From the NCBI RefSeq assembly GCF_006345805.1, contig NC_043004.1, forward strand, positions 78,492,001 through 78,556,000: a DNA stretch of 64,000 nt, read 5' to 3'. Made by a program: the position numbers and the translations under genes. Below, in pieces: positions 25,122 through 38,210 of this stretch; the stretch's first letter is position 1; every line of letters starts with the position of its first letter. Source of the stretch: Octopus sinensis (Eukaryota). Below the pieces are notes generated by a model that ran no database searches, had not been told where the DNA came from, and was given only the letters and a program-made list of their open reading frames with translations.

Positions 25122-28100
25122 TTAAACAGGTTCTTTCACTCGCAACATACTTGCTATAGACTTCCATCTTTTACGAAACACACTTTGCGACAGGCATTTC
25201 TTCTCCAGCCTTATTTTCCGTTTCATGTGGAAAACGAAAAAGTCGATTAGCTCGAGACTGGAGATAAACATGCCTGTTGCAATTCCTTTTACTCTCGTCT
25301 TCCACACTACTTCTTTCGCTTAGCAACTACCGAAAGAAAACAGGCTCGCTCCTCCCTATTCAGGAAGGTCGGCGGAACTATCTTAATTACAGATTCGCTC
25401 GACAGTTGTACTCTTCTCGAATGCGACAGCAGGTGTTCGACATAAGCCCAGAGTTCAGTCACCTTGGGGCATTGCACAATCGCGTGCAGGACAGTTTCAC
25501 TGTCCCTCTTACATCTTGCACAAACCGGCGAAGGTGCACACCCATGTCTAAAGAGCTTATCTCGAACCGGTAAAGCACCTCTGTAACATTGCCAGGCCAG
25601 GGACTTTTGGTAATTATCCATAGGCCCCGGACCGAATGTTCTTTGGAACAGGCTGGCCAGTTGATTTTCGTCGAAGCCCAGAGTTTCTCCTAGGACGTCG
25701 TCACACTTAAACTCTACTAACCCTCTATAGAAGAAAGCGGTAGTAGCCCCGCCACCGGCGTTGCCCGACTGGGAGAGAAGCACGAGTGCCTGATAGCACT
25801 CTGCATGCCACATGCCCAACCTCGGTCTACACTTGATCCATGGGTTCAGTTCGTTAAACGATGTGAACTGTGGAAATAACAGCTTGACAAACGGAGACCA
25901 CACCTGCTCACCGTCCAGGTAAATCCAGAGGTGCCTAAGCCTGAGCGCATGTCTGCGCATTTTTAGCCACGGCATCCCTAACCCACCGTTCAGCGGCTTT
26001 TGGCAGCAAATAGAGCGCCTTACAAGAGGTCTGCTGCCCCTCCACAAAAAGCGAAAGAGCATGCGTTCCAGTTTGTTCAGCCACGAATCGGGGCAAGGCA
26101 CGACGGTCAGGCAGTAAGTGATTACAGAGGCGATAAACACCTCTGCAACCTCCGCCCTCCCTTTCAAGGACAGTTTCCGCTCAGACCATGTCTGAGTTAG
26201 GAGAGCCACCTTTCTCGCCACCTCGCTCCAGTTCTTCTCTATCTGGAGATCTGGACCTAACCAGATCCCAAGCATTTTCACCGGTCCTTCCGTCCAACGT
26301 CCTACGACGCTGTCGGAAGACATCGACTTGCCCCTCCAGCTGCCGAGTTGCAAGCCGACCGATTTATCCCGGTTGACTTTCGCTCCTGCCACCGCTTCGT
26401 AGTCCCTTAAGGCCTCACCCACCCACTGTAGGTGCTCGACTCGGGAAACGATGACGGTGATGTCGTCCGCATACGCCGAAGCTGACTTTCCGCACCCTAG
26501 ATCTTGCGGGCTGCCTCTCATAGTTTCCAACCTCCTCAGCAACGGCTCGAGGGCCAAAACGTAGAGAAGCGGGGAGAGAGGACACCCTTGACGTACCGAA
26601 CGTTCAATGCTGGAACGGCTCCGAAAGGAAACCATTTACCCGAACTACCGATTCGATGTTGCTGTATAAAGCGATGATCCATCCGCGGAAGGTCGGGCCG
26701 AAGCCAGCCGCCGCGAGGACCGCCGCCAGATACTGATGGTCCACCCTATCAAACGCTTTCGATTGGTCCAAGTGGACCATAGCCCCACCCTTGCCAGGAA
26801 TCCTATTTACCCTTTCTAAGGCATAGCGTAGAAAGTGGAGATTGTCGTGGATGGTCCTTCCAGGGATGGCGCAAGTTTGCGCCTCGCCAACAAGTTCACC
26901 CACGACCCTCGCCAACCTTTTTGCTAAGACCTTGGCCAAGATCTTCAACTCTGCGTTAAGCAGAGTGATAGGCCGGAAATTATCAATTAAATCCCCCTTG
27001 TTTGGGTCCTTTCTTAACAGCGCTACCACCCCTCGGCTCACAGACTTAGGAATTTTCCCGTTCTGCTGCCAGTTGGTGTACACGCATGCAAGTAGGTGCC
27101 CAAACAAGTCTGGCATGCTACTATAGAGTTCGGAAGGCAGACCATCGAGTCCCGGCGATTTGTCCCCGCCGCGGTCTGCCAACATATCCTCGACTTCTTT
27201 GGCTGTGATCGGCGCCTCACAAGATTCCGCGTCCGGCCACGATAGACGCGGCGAACCGGCTAGGAAGTCTGCGAGCTTCTCCCCGCGCTCCAGCTCGCCG
27301 CTCCTCCCGAATAGCTGAGCGAAATGATCATGAAACACCTTGCACATCTCCTCGGGTTCGTTTACTAATCGACCATTTGGGGCCCGTCAAGGATCGAATG
27401 GTTGAGTTGTTGCCACGCTGGCCCTCTACCACCCAGGCCCATCCGGCTGCGTTGATCCCTTCCTGTCTCATTGCACGGATCTTAGCCCTGACAATGCACC
27501 CTTCATGTTTAGCTTTGAGATGTTGGTCTAGTGCTAACCTCGCCGCTAACACTTTCGATGCACTGCCTGACCTCATTGCCTCCTCTATTGCCTTAACTAG
27601 TTCCTTTTCTACTTTGTTTCTAGCACTAGCTAGTTCTTTGCTAAACCTAATTGACTCAAATTTGATGGCTCTTTTCAGGGCGTACCACCATTTATTGTTG
27701 ATAATGGATCCGGTTAACGCCCTCATTACTAATTGTTTAATCCGATTCCTGTAGGCTTCACAGTCCAATAGTGACTTGTTTAGCTTCCAGTAGCCGGTAC
27801 CTCGTCTACACATGCTATCTATGTCGAGCGTACAGGTCACTAATTTGTGATCGCTGTAGCTGACGATATGGTGTTGTGGACAGCTAAGTATTTTCTTATC
27901 TTTCCTTCTAGTTATGATTCTATCGATATAAGATCTGGACGACCCGTCGTTTCTTGCCCAGGTCCACGCTGGAGTGTCTGGATGGTCCAGTCTGAATCTA
28001 TCTGCCAATTCGAAACGACTTAGCATATCGTTGAGGTGAGGTAATCCCCTCGTATTCTTTCTCGAGCCAACATAATCTACGCTTGTATCGCAAATTATGT

Positions 28101-28540
28101 TGAAGTCACCTAGCAATACTTACGTGTTCGACGTGCCAAGAAAATTCTCTAGGCTTTTGAAATACTCTTTCTGCCCGGCTTTTCCTTCGCAGGGAGCATA
28201 GACAGCGACCAGCCTGAACACTTTACCACTGCTGTGCGTCACATCCAAAACGACCAACCTGCCTTCCGGATCTATAAAGACAGTTCTAATCTCTAAATCC
28301 AGGTTTTTCCTGACCAGCACTGCCACTCCTCCTCCCCCTCCAGGTCGACAGGGAGAAATGTATTTCTCGTAGCCGTTTAGAAGGGGCGAAAAAGCCTGCA
28401 GCCCACTCAGTCTGGATTCGGTAATTACCACTACATCCAAACGATGCGACCTAAGGTCGTTAAGAAGGTAGCCTTGCTTCCAATACGACCCCAGGCCGCG
28501 AGTATTTATACAACCGAGTTTAAACGAGAAAGTGAAAATT
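25122..28540 (-). pseudogene. Tx1-like ORF2 (APE endonuclease, reverse transcriptase, zf-RVT), disrupted
   Basis: GCINTRGL, VYAP, LGDFN and YSDH APE motifs; KSPGLDG, NFRPITLLN, LDQSKAFDRV, QGCPLSP and AYADD RT motifs; CARC...ETVLH zinc finger; in-frame TAA at 28120-28122 plus about 3 frameshifts. Confidence 0.9.
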
Positions 28541-28851
28541 TAGTCGAATGTTTAAAACTTACTGTTTTAACAGAAGAGAGGATGTAGTTTCACCCTCATC
28601 TTTTCTGTCTGTGAGTGTTGTGTTTTGCGAGGTCAGTTTTTTTGCGAATTGCTTGTACAGATGGCTTGAAAAGTTCATCTGTAACGGGCCTACGTCCTCC
28701 GCAAAAGATTTTTTAATTTCAAAATAATCCGCGTTATCTATCGTATAAAATTCTACATTTTCAGATATAATACTATTTATATCTGTTGCGATATATTTTT
28801 TCGCCGATTTCAGTAAATGAATTTTTTCCCTTAATGGGTTATTGTTTTTAT

Positions 28852-30048
28852 TTATCGCCGTGAAGGTGTTTCTTTTTTTTTGTTAGGTGATTGTGGAGGG
28901 GGCTGTGTGTGTGTGTTTGTGGGTGTGTGTGTGCTTGTAGAAGCGTGGGTGTTTGTAGGTGTGTGCGTGCTTGTGGTAGGTGTGTGCGTGCTTGTGGTAG
29001 GTGTGTGAGTGTTTGTGTGTGCTTTTTCCAGTGTGTGTGTTTTTTTGGCTACGTGTGTGTTTGCGACTGTATTTGTGGGTGTGGGTGTGCTTGTCTGTGT
29101 CAGAGTATAGTCCTGTGTATCCGAAGAGGGTGGATTTTTCCGTTTCCGTCTTCTTTTTGAAGCTTCCACGTTGACCCACTCCTGGATGTTGTTGTTGTTG
29201 TTGTCGTTGTTTTCTCCCGTTGTCGGCTGAATTTCGGCAATTGGGGTGCGCGACGTGGCTGCTATTTCTAGCGGTGAAGTTGTTTTCGGCGTCGTGCTTG
29301 CCTCTGCAGTATTTTCTTTCGCTGTCTTCTTGCAGCTCGACCTTATGTGGCCTTTCTCGCCACATTTATAGCACCTCGGTTTTCTTCCCTCGACTATTAC
29401 CATCAAGGTGGTATTATCTCCAATGGTGAGGGAGCTTGGCAATTTTTCCAAGTCCGAGGGGTTCGCTTGGATCACAAGCTCTAAGTCCTGTCCATACCAG
29501 GTTGTGGGGCGATATCTTTTAGACTGAAGAATGGCAATTTCTTCCTCTTTGCCTAAGAGAATCGCTGCTGTTATGAAGTCCACATCTATTTCGGGCGGAA
29601 TGTCCGTAGCTGTTATTCTGCTAGTTCTCATTCCTAAATAAAATGGTAAAAGAACTACCTCTTCCGACTTCAACGTTCTTGTTGAATGTTCCCTAGCTAT
29701 TTCTTCGCTAGGGAAACGCACCTCTACCGTGCCGAAGCGACTACCCCTTGTTATATAACTTGTTTGTTGCCATATCGGCCTCAAACATTTTTCAATGGCT
29801 TCTCTCTGTACGAAGTCAATTTTCTTATTTTTTACATTATAAGTCTTGTAAATTACAGTTTTTCTCTCCGTCGCGTAAATTAATTCACTGGGAGGGAACA
29901 ACTTCACATTATCACCTTCTTTTTTTAATAAACTTTGGTACTTCTTTAATCCTTCTTTGTTAATAACGATGTTTTCACAGGGGCGAGTTGCTGCACTCGC
30001 AAAATTTATTTTTGCCTTTTCTTGTCGTTTACTAGCTTCGCCAGACAT
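28852..30048 (-). CDS. Tx1-like ORF1 (gag-like, CCHC zinc knuckle), intact, 398 aa
   Basis: True ATG at 30048; RCYKCGEKGHIRSSCK knuckle; Thr/His low-complexity tail. Confidence 0.85.
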   Translation of the reverse strand: MSGEASKRQEKAKINFASAATRPCENIVINKEGLKKYQSLLKKEGDNVKLFPPSELIYATERKTVIYKTYNVKNKKIDFVQREAIEKCLRPIWQQTSYITRGSRFGTVEVRFPSEEIAREHSTRTLKSEEVVLLPFYLGMRTSRITATDIPPEIDVDFITAAILLGKEEEIAILQSKRYRPTTWYGQDLELVIQANPSDLEKLPSSLTIGDNTTLMVIVEGRKPRCYKCGEKGHIRSSCKKTAKENTAEASTTPKTTSPLEIAATSRTPIAEIQPTTGENNDNNNNNIQEWVNVEASKRRRKRKNPPSSDTQDYTLTQTSTPTPTNTVANTHVAKKTHTLEKAHTNTHTPTTSTHTPTTSTHTPTNTHASTSTHTPTNTHTQPPPQSPNKKKETPSRR

Positions 30049-30419
30049 ATTGTCGTCTGCTTTTGTAACGTCTCTTTACTTCTACCTTCCTCCTCCCGCA
30101 TTTTCGCCTTCATGCCTTCAAACAAATTTTCAACGTTTTCCTCCGACTCGGAGGAGACTGGTTGCAAATTCATGTCTTTTCGTCACTTCCCCCTTGAAAC
30201 AAGGGGGAAAGAACAGCAGAACTCTGCTGCAACAGTAGAAAAGAAGTGGCCTCGACGACCAAAACAGCAAAGTTTCAAACTTTTCAGCACAAAAACAATC
30301 TTTCACTGCGGAGCAAAGAATAACACGACCGATCAGTGAGAAAGAGAGAGAGGGGGGGTAGAACAAAAGGTGGTTAACGATGAGAGCTAGGAGGAAAGGA
30401 TTGCTATTATGGTGTGATT

Positions 30420-31212
30420 AAATAGTTGGGAGAAATTAGGGCGGCGAGCTGGGCGAAATGGGTGGCCGTATTTCGTCTGTCGTTACGTTCCCAGTTCAAA
30501 TTCCGCCGAGGTCGACTTTTCCTTTCATCCTTTCGGGGTCGATTAAATAAGTAACAGTTACGCACTGGGTCGATATAATCGACTTAATCCGTTCGTCTGT
30601 CCTTATTTGTCCCCTCTTGTGGGTAGTAAAGAAATAAATAGTTGAGGGAAGAGGTGGAGAGAAAGAGAGAGAAGAGAGAGAGAGGGGAAAGAAAGAGAGG
30701 GAGAAAGACTGAGAGAGGTAAAGAAAGAGAGGGGGGAGGAAAGAGGGAGAAAGAGAGCGTTACATTTTTATAGCGTCGATCAATTGACGCATGCGCTTTG
30801 GTGAATTAACTATCGTCTGCTCAGTCAAAACTTGTAAAATATGGCCAACAGCAGACAATGTAAAATTTACGAGAGAAACAATGATAAGGTTTAGGGTAAG
30901 GTATTTTTACAGTTTTTCAAATAACCGTATTATGATTTGTTAAATCTTCACCAACGTTGTGAAACAATAATATTATAGATAATGTCGGTGAGCTGGCAGA
31001 ATTGTTAGCATGCTGGACGAAATGCTTAGCAGTATATCGTCTGCCGCTACGTTCTGAGTTCAAATTCCGCCCAGGTAGACTTTTCCTTTCATCCTATCGG
31101 GGTCGATTAAATAAGTACCAGTTACGCATTGGGGTAGATGTAGTCGACTTAATCCCTTTGTCTGTCCTTGTTTGTCCCCTCTATGTTTATCCTCTTGTGG
31201 ACAATAAAGAAA
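30420..31212 (+). mobile_element. Two tRNA-derived SINEs (30420-30640, 30985-31212)
   Basis: ggcggcgagctgg / gagttcaaattccgcc family. Confidence 0.8.
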
Positions 31213-31365
31213 TAATATTACAGATAATGTCTTTGATTTTAAGCCTTAGTGAAAACTTTTTATATCTTAGCATAAAGTAAAAAAATAACAGACAACTCAC
31301 AAAGTAGATGTAGCAATATAATAACTTTCAGAGATGTTTTGCACCTTTAATACTATTTTTAGGTA

Positions 31366-31620
31366 CTAGTCACGTAGACTGGACCCGGTGCGCGCACACG
31401 TGCAGACGCGCATCCGCGCTAGCCAGTCGTAGGTAGTCGATCCTACAGCGACTTGCGAATGCAAATGAGCTGATTGGCGCAACATTACAAAAACTAAGTT
31501 AATAGCGACCCCCTACTGAAGCTTAGGAAATATTTTTCAACGATTTACGGTGTATATTATTTTAAAGACAATTGCGTTTTTTTTTTTCGTTACAAAACCG
31601 GGTCCAGTCTATGCGACTAG
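31366..31620. mobile_element. MITE with about 24-bp TIRs and TA target duplication
   Basis: ta|ctagtcacgtagactggacccgg ... ccgggtccagtctatgcgactag|ta. Confidence 0.8.
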
Positions 31621-32079
31621 TACCCTATTTATATGGACTTTTACATCATCTCAAGGTTCTAATGGTTCAGAAAAATTTATAATTCCGTCATACAATTTTC
31701 AAAATAACCCTGGAATTTCTACGGGATACGACTAGTAAGTATCACCATGAATTTTGAAAATATTTAACAATAATTTCTTCTGTACTTTTCCTTGGAGAGT
31801 ATCCAAAAAAGAAACATTTTGGTACCTCATTTGTAAAATTTGGATGAATATTTTGGGAAATATGACAATTTGAATGGTCAGCGAATTGGTCGAAATATTG
31901 CCTAATTGTCCTAAATGAACGATTAGACATTTGTGTGATGTTATGTCTTTGAAACTGGAGGGGAAACTGAGGCAAAGTCGACTTCGGCAGAATTTAAATT
32001 CAGAATGTAAAGACGGACCAAATGCTGCAAAGCACTTTAACCGGTGTGCTCGCGATTCTGCCAACTCGTCGCCTTAATA

Positions 32080-32407
<328 letters not shown>

Positions 32408-32776
32408 CGGTTACTCGTGGAAAAACCCATAAAAACCACGGGAGCCTGGTCAAAAAGGGATAGAGAGCCCCTTTCTCCTTTTATATTTACCTTTCTTTTT
32501 ATTACAGGTGTAACCTCAGAATTGGTCCGTTCATACTGGCCATTTTCCCAACATTCACCCTACTTTCAATAAATTTGCTACGAGACAGCACTTCCCACTC
32601 TACTCTCATCTTCCTTTTCAAGTGGAACTTGAAAAAGTTGATGAGGCCTTGGCCAAAGAGGAAAGTGTCTGACTTTAGCCCTTTCAAATGGGTCCACCAT
32701 AGTACCTCTTTCGCTATAGCCACTAGACAAAGGAAAATTGCCTTGCCCTCCCGGTTAAATAATAATAATAATAATA

Positions 32777-33214
32777 GACATGAGCATCCCCTGTGATCAT
32801 AATATCTCAGCGAAAGAGTTTGACAAGCTCAGAAAATATAAAGACCTACTCATTGAAATTGAGAAAATGTGGCATCTCAAGGCGGTTACAATACCAGTGA
32901 TCGTAGGAGCACTAGGAATGATCAAGAAGGGAACCGAAAATTATATCAGAATGATCCCTGGCTTACCATCCCTGCAAGAAGGGCAAAAGATTGTCTTAGC
33001 TGGTACATCGCACGTATTGAGAAGAGCATTGTCGATGTGAGAACTGTTGCTGCTCATGTATTTTAATTTAACTTAAAAAAAAATTTTTTTCAAATGAACG
33101 AACTATTGAGTTTGGTTTAATAGCCTACCAATGTATACTATGAGTTTCTTTGCCCTAGGAGTCGGGAAGACACTCGGCAAGAAATGGAAGCAAATTTGAA
33201 AGAAGAAAAAAAAA

Positions 33215-33215
<1 letters not shown>
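32777..33215 (+). mobile_element. 5'-truncated R4/Dong-like LINE flanked by (TAA)n
   Basis: DMSIP.D.NISAKEFDKLRKYKDLLIEIEKMW...IPVIVGALG...LAGTSHVLRRAL is an RLE-domain C-terminus; (AAT)n on both sides. Confidence 0.8.
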
Positions 33216-33261
<46 letters not shown>

Positions 33262-33492
33262 GATGGTAATGATAATAATGATAATTTCTTTTATTTTTAA
33301 TGGTAACGATGGTCGATGACAACGATGATAAGGGAAATCGATAAATTAGCAAATAATTTATTTTATTTTAACTGCAATCATCAGCAAGAATAATTCATTA
33401 ACAAAGAAAGAGCTAACACAGGTCTGAAGTAATATATCTTTAATATTGAAGACTCGGAATTATACAGCTTCTTACGGAAGTTTTTCAATAGA

Positions 33493-33565
33493 TTATGTGA
33501 TAAGACTTCGGAAATCATACGAAAAAGGAGCTTTTCGGTTCCTTCTCATGCTGTCGCAGCTAACT
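33493..33565 (-). CDS. Gene B coding exon 3 (L-VSCDSMRRNRKAPFSYDFRSLIT-stop; full product 90 aa)
   Basis: Acceptor ttctttaacttattatttcag at 33566; homologous to gene A exon 3; AATAAA at 33367-33362. Confidence 0.72.
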
Positions 33566-33743
33566 CTGAAATAATAAGTTAAAGAAAAAAAAAATGATTA
33601 TTTGGTTGAAACCAGATGCAACTGCGCTGTATAATATCGCATAATATCTCCCAAAGTTTCCATTTTAACCTAGTTTCAAATCCTACATTTCCTCGTATGT
33701 TTCTGCGAATAAACAGTTTTGCACGTGTATTGTGTATCGTGTG

Positions 33744-33790
<47 letters not shown>

Positions 33791-33803
33791 GTGTGTGTGT
33801 GTG

Positions 33804-33853
<50 letters not shown>

Positions 33854-34162
33854 GAGAGAGAGAGAGATAGAGAGAGCCGGTGTTTATTTGTACATATTCC
33901 ATATAGAAACCTACGCTATATTATATTATAATATTATATAATTCGTTTCTGCCTCCTCACTTGGTCATCCTACTCGCAATAAAGAAACCCCAACCATCAA
34001 TAGCACCACCACCACCACCACCACCACCACCACCACCACCACCACCACCGCCGCCGCTGCTACTACTACTACTACTACCACCACCACCACCACCACCACT
34101 ACTACACCACCACACCACCACCACCACCACCACCACCACCACCACCACCACCGCCGCCGCTG

Positions 34163-34193
<31 letters not shown>

Positions 34194-34439
34194 TACTACT
34201 ACTACTTAAACATATATAATACGTAATGAGCATCCGTAATAATTACATCCGTCATTCTATTTTTAGTTTAATAATCTGAATTGAAAGGATCTTTATTATA
34301 TTTACGATACAATTGTTTCTTACCAAACACAGCAGGTACACTGAGTCTTCAAGAGTACTGAACACACTCTGCGGAGAGAAGAGGCGAATAAATGAATAAA
34401 TAAATGAATACATAAATACATAAATAAATACATAAATAA

Positions 34440-34952
<513 letters not shown>

Positions 34953-34955
34953 TAG

Positions 34956-35096
34956 TTAAACAGAACGTCAAACATTAAGGCAAGACAAATCTCTCAAGTC
35001 ATATACAATATTATTACAGGAAGAAATTCTTCCTACAATAATATTGTATATGACTTGAGAGATTTGACTTGCCTAAATGTTTGACGTCCTGTTTAA
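34956..35096. repeat. Near-perfect 141-bp palindrome
   Basis: Arms of about 69 bp around a 3-nt loop (aggaaga aat tcttcct); few mismatches. Confidence 0.9.
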
Positions 35097-35267
35097 CAAT
35101 TTATATATCCGCTGCATCGGAAATCTGCAATGGCTCCGCATCTACCGTCTCGGTTATAACCATGGAGCCCCAGTAATTCGTTACAACACTTACCTAGCGT
35201 ACCTAATCGTTTAGATCACCAGTGAACTAAACACCCACACTTTGTGTTGTGTTGTGTGTGTGTTGTG

Positions 35268-35365
<98 letters not shown>

Positions 35366-35477
35366 GAACCGTGCAAACGAAATACAAAAACCAAATAAAT
35401 AGTATATATTATATACATACTAGCTGACCCCGTACCGTCAAAAGTGACGGCTAATTGTAGTATTTTATATGTAAACT

Positions 35478-35862
35478 AGCAGTATCACCCGGTGTTGCTT
35501 GGGTTTGTTTCGACCCTTTAGAATTGGAACTTTTGAAAAGTAAAAATTTTGCATAATGCAACTTGTTATTCTCTTCAAGTGAACATTTTTCCGGTTGAAA
35601 TACACCGAAAAATGGTGACACAGCAGTCAAAAATCGTAAAAATAGGGATTTTCATAGAAAAAAAAGCACCTTTTTGATGTAAATAATTTTTGGTGTTAAC
35701 ATGGTCCGATTTGAATTTTATCTTCTACAGAATGAAGAGCAAGCCTTCTATCATACTCTCAATTTTGGTCAACTTGCGCTGCAGGGTCTCGAAGGAGATA
35801 GTGTTAGTTTAAGGCTACCAAACCTGCCACACACAGACAACTTCAGCTTTATATATATAGAT
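35478..35862 (-). mobile_element. Non-autonomous Helitron-like element
   Basis: Reverse of tctatatatataaagctgaagttgtctgtg ... gcaacaccgggtgatactgctag; further 5' ends near 35910-35955 and 36490-36560. Confidence 0.6.
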
Positions 35863-36606
35863 TTACTACACACTACTTTCCATCCTTAATAATGAAACTT
35901 GGTAGATCCAAAAGTTAAACACACAGACACACAAGTTGAGTTTTATATATATAGATTTCTCAACGGGGATTTCAGGGGAGAGTTTCAGGGAGTCGCTGGC
36001 GATGTATCGTGATGATCAAAAATCCGGCCTGCTAAGATTTGGGTAAAGTGATTCAAACTGCAGACTCAACGCTAAATGATCACATTTAATTCAAAGCGTT
36101 AAAAATGTTATGAAAACAATTGGTATGTGTTCACAAAGTCCAAACGATAACTACGAAAAAACCCTCCAGGCTACATCCCGAAAATTCATTTCTTTGCCGA
36201 ATTTCTACAATGTTTACGGCGATTCGTTTTTATATCTTGATTTTTTATTTTTCATGCAATTTACGCATGCTTGCACGCGTGGTGAACACAGTTCACGTCA
36301 AACAGCTGACTGAGTAAAGTTCACTATTCAGTGCATGGGATAAGGCCTAAACAAACACATTATTGATTTTTGCACTTGCGAGATGAATTTCGAAACAGAA
36401 ATAGCGCAGTTCAATTTTCATTCGCCTAAACTTTAAGTGACCCATTTTTGGTGGTTCTACGATTTGTTGGCTAGAAGGAGATGTGCCGGGAAGTTAAACA
36501 CACAGACACACACACACAAGATACACACACAGACACAAAAGTTGAGTTTTATATATACAGATATGGTACAAAACCAAGTTCTTAGCTTAATAATTCCCTT
36601 TTTTAA

Positions 36607-37160
36607 GGCGGCGAGCTGGCAGAAACGTTAGCACGTCGGGCGAAATGCTTAGTTTGCCGCTACGTTGTGAGTTCAAATTACGCCGAGGTCGATTTTGCCT
36701 TTCATCCTTTCGGGGTCGATTAAATAAGTACCAGTTACGCACTGAGGTCGATGTAATCGACTTAATCCGTTTGTCTGTCCTTGTTTGTCCCCTCTGTGTG
36801 TAGCCCCTTGTAGGCAGTAAAGAAATAGGTATTTCGTTTGCCGATACGTTCTGAGTTCAAATTTCGCCGAGGTCGACTTTGCTTTTCATCCTTTCGGGGT
36901 CGATTAAATAAGTACCAGTTACGCACTGGCGTCGATATAATCTACTTAATCCGTTTGTCTGTCTTTGTCTGTCCCCTCTGTGTGTAGCCCTTTGTGGGCA
37001 GTAAAGATATAGATATTTCGTCTGTCTTTACGTTCTGAGTTCAAATTCTGTCAAGGTCGACTTTGCCTTTTATCCTTTCGGGGTCGATAAATTAAGTATC
37101 ATTTGCGTACTGGGATCAACCACAAAAGTTTCGGGCCTTGTGCTTAGAGTAGAAAAGAAT
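36607..37160 (+). mobile_element. Tandem SINE array (three partial units)
   Basis: Repeated tacgttctgagttcaaa...ggggtcgattaaataagtaccag units. Confidence 0.85.
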
Positions 37161-37607
37161 AATTCTTTTATTACCAAATTTATAATATACCTTCCAACTG
37201 CAGTCGTTTTATATTCTTGATACACTAAGGCGATAATTACTTTTTCTCATGAGTTTGTATATGTATATGTGTGTGTAGGTGTGTGTGGTTGTACTAATTA
37301 TTTTTAACATAACAGATAGAATACGGATGGTAAATCAAATTAATACACTTGTCAATATTATCTTGTCGTTGTCTTTTGAGATGTGACATCGATCATCATT
37401 TGTTACTGAAAGAATGCTGGTTCACACATACAAACATTCACATACTTCCCTTGTACGCGCACACACATACGCATGGACACATATACTCACGCAGAGTTGA
37501 AACACTGTTTGATTTTTCTTTTCGGCGTTGAATGTTCGCCATCTCACTTCCATTGCTCTCCCCCCCCCACACACACACACACGCATACACACGCAAACAC
37601 ACACAAC

Positions 37608-37638
<31 letters not shown>

Positions 37639-38150
37639 AAAACGTTCACATACCTCCCTTTAACATATATTCATATACTCACACAAAGCTGAAATGCTGT
37701 TTGATTTTTTCACTGTAGAAATACCATCATCCCACTACCAGTTAGCCATCACCCCTTCCTTCATTATTCAGCTATCACCCCCTTCCTTTCTCATTCATAT
37801 GTTGTGACGGAGAAAAACACAAGCGTACTATTATAGTAAATATATATGTGTGTGTATATATATATATATCTACTACAGAGGTTACATATATTATCATATC
37901 ATCCCCAGATAATTTGTGAATTGTGATTTCCGTCGACAGACCGCTGATCTTAAATAAAGTTCTAAACACGTATAGTATGCAAATGAGTAGACGCAGTTTT
38001 CTGTAGCTACAGATTTTGATGAGTATATAAACTCATTGTTTGTTTGTTTCTCTGGTAGACGCTTCTGGTAGACGCCAATAAAGATCGAAAACTGATTATA
38101 TATTATGTATATTATATATGTCACTAACTTATGTATAATATATATATAAA

Positions 38151-38210
<60 letters not shown>

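Larger units (their letters stand above)
24905..30340 (-). mobile_element. Near full-length Tx1/L1-clade non-LTR retrotransposon inserted in (TC)n
   Basis: ORF1 plus ORF2 (APE-RT-zinc finger); AATAAA then (TC)n at the 3' end; (TC)n also at the 5' end. Confidence 0.9.

Noticed and set aside
31215-31295. Alternative minus-strand last exon for gene B
   Set aside because: Weaker acceptor, no similarity to gene A exon 3 in register, and it runs into a SINE.
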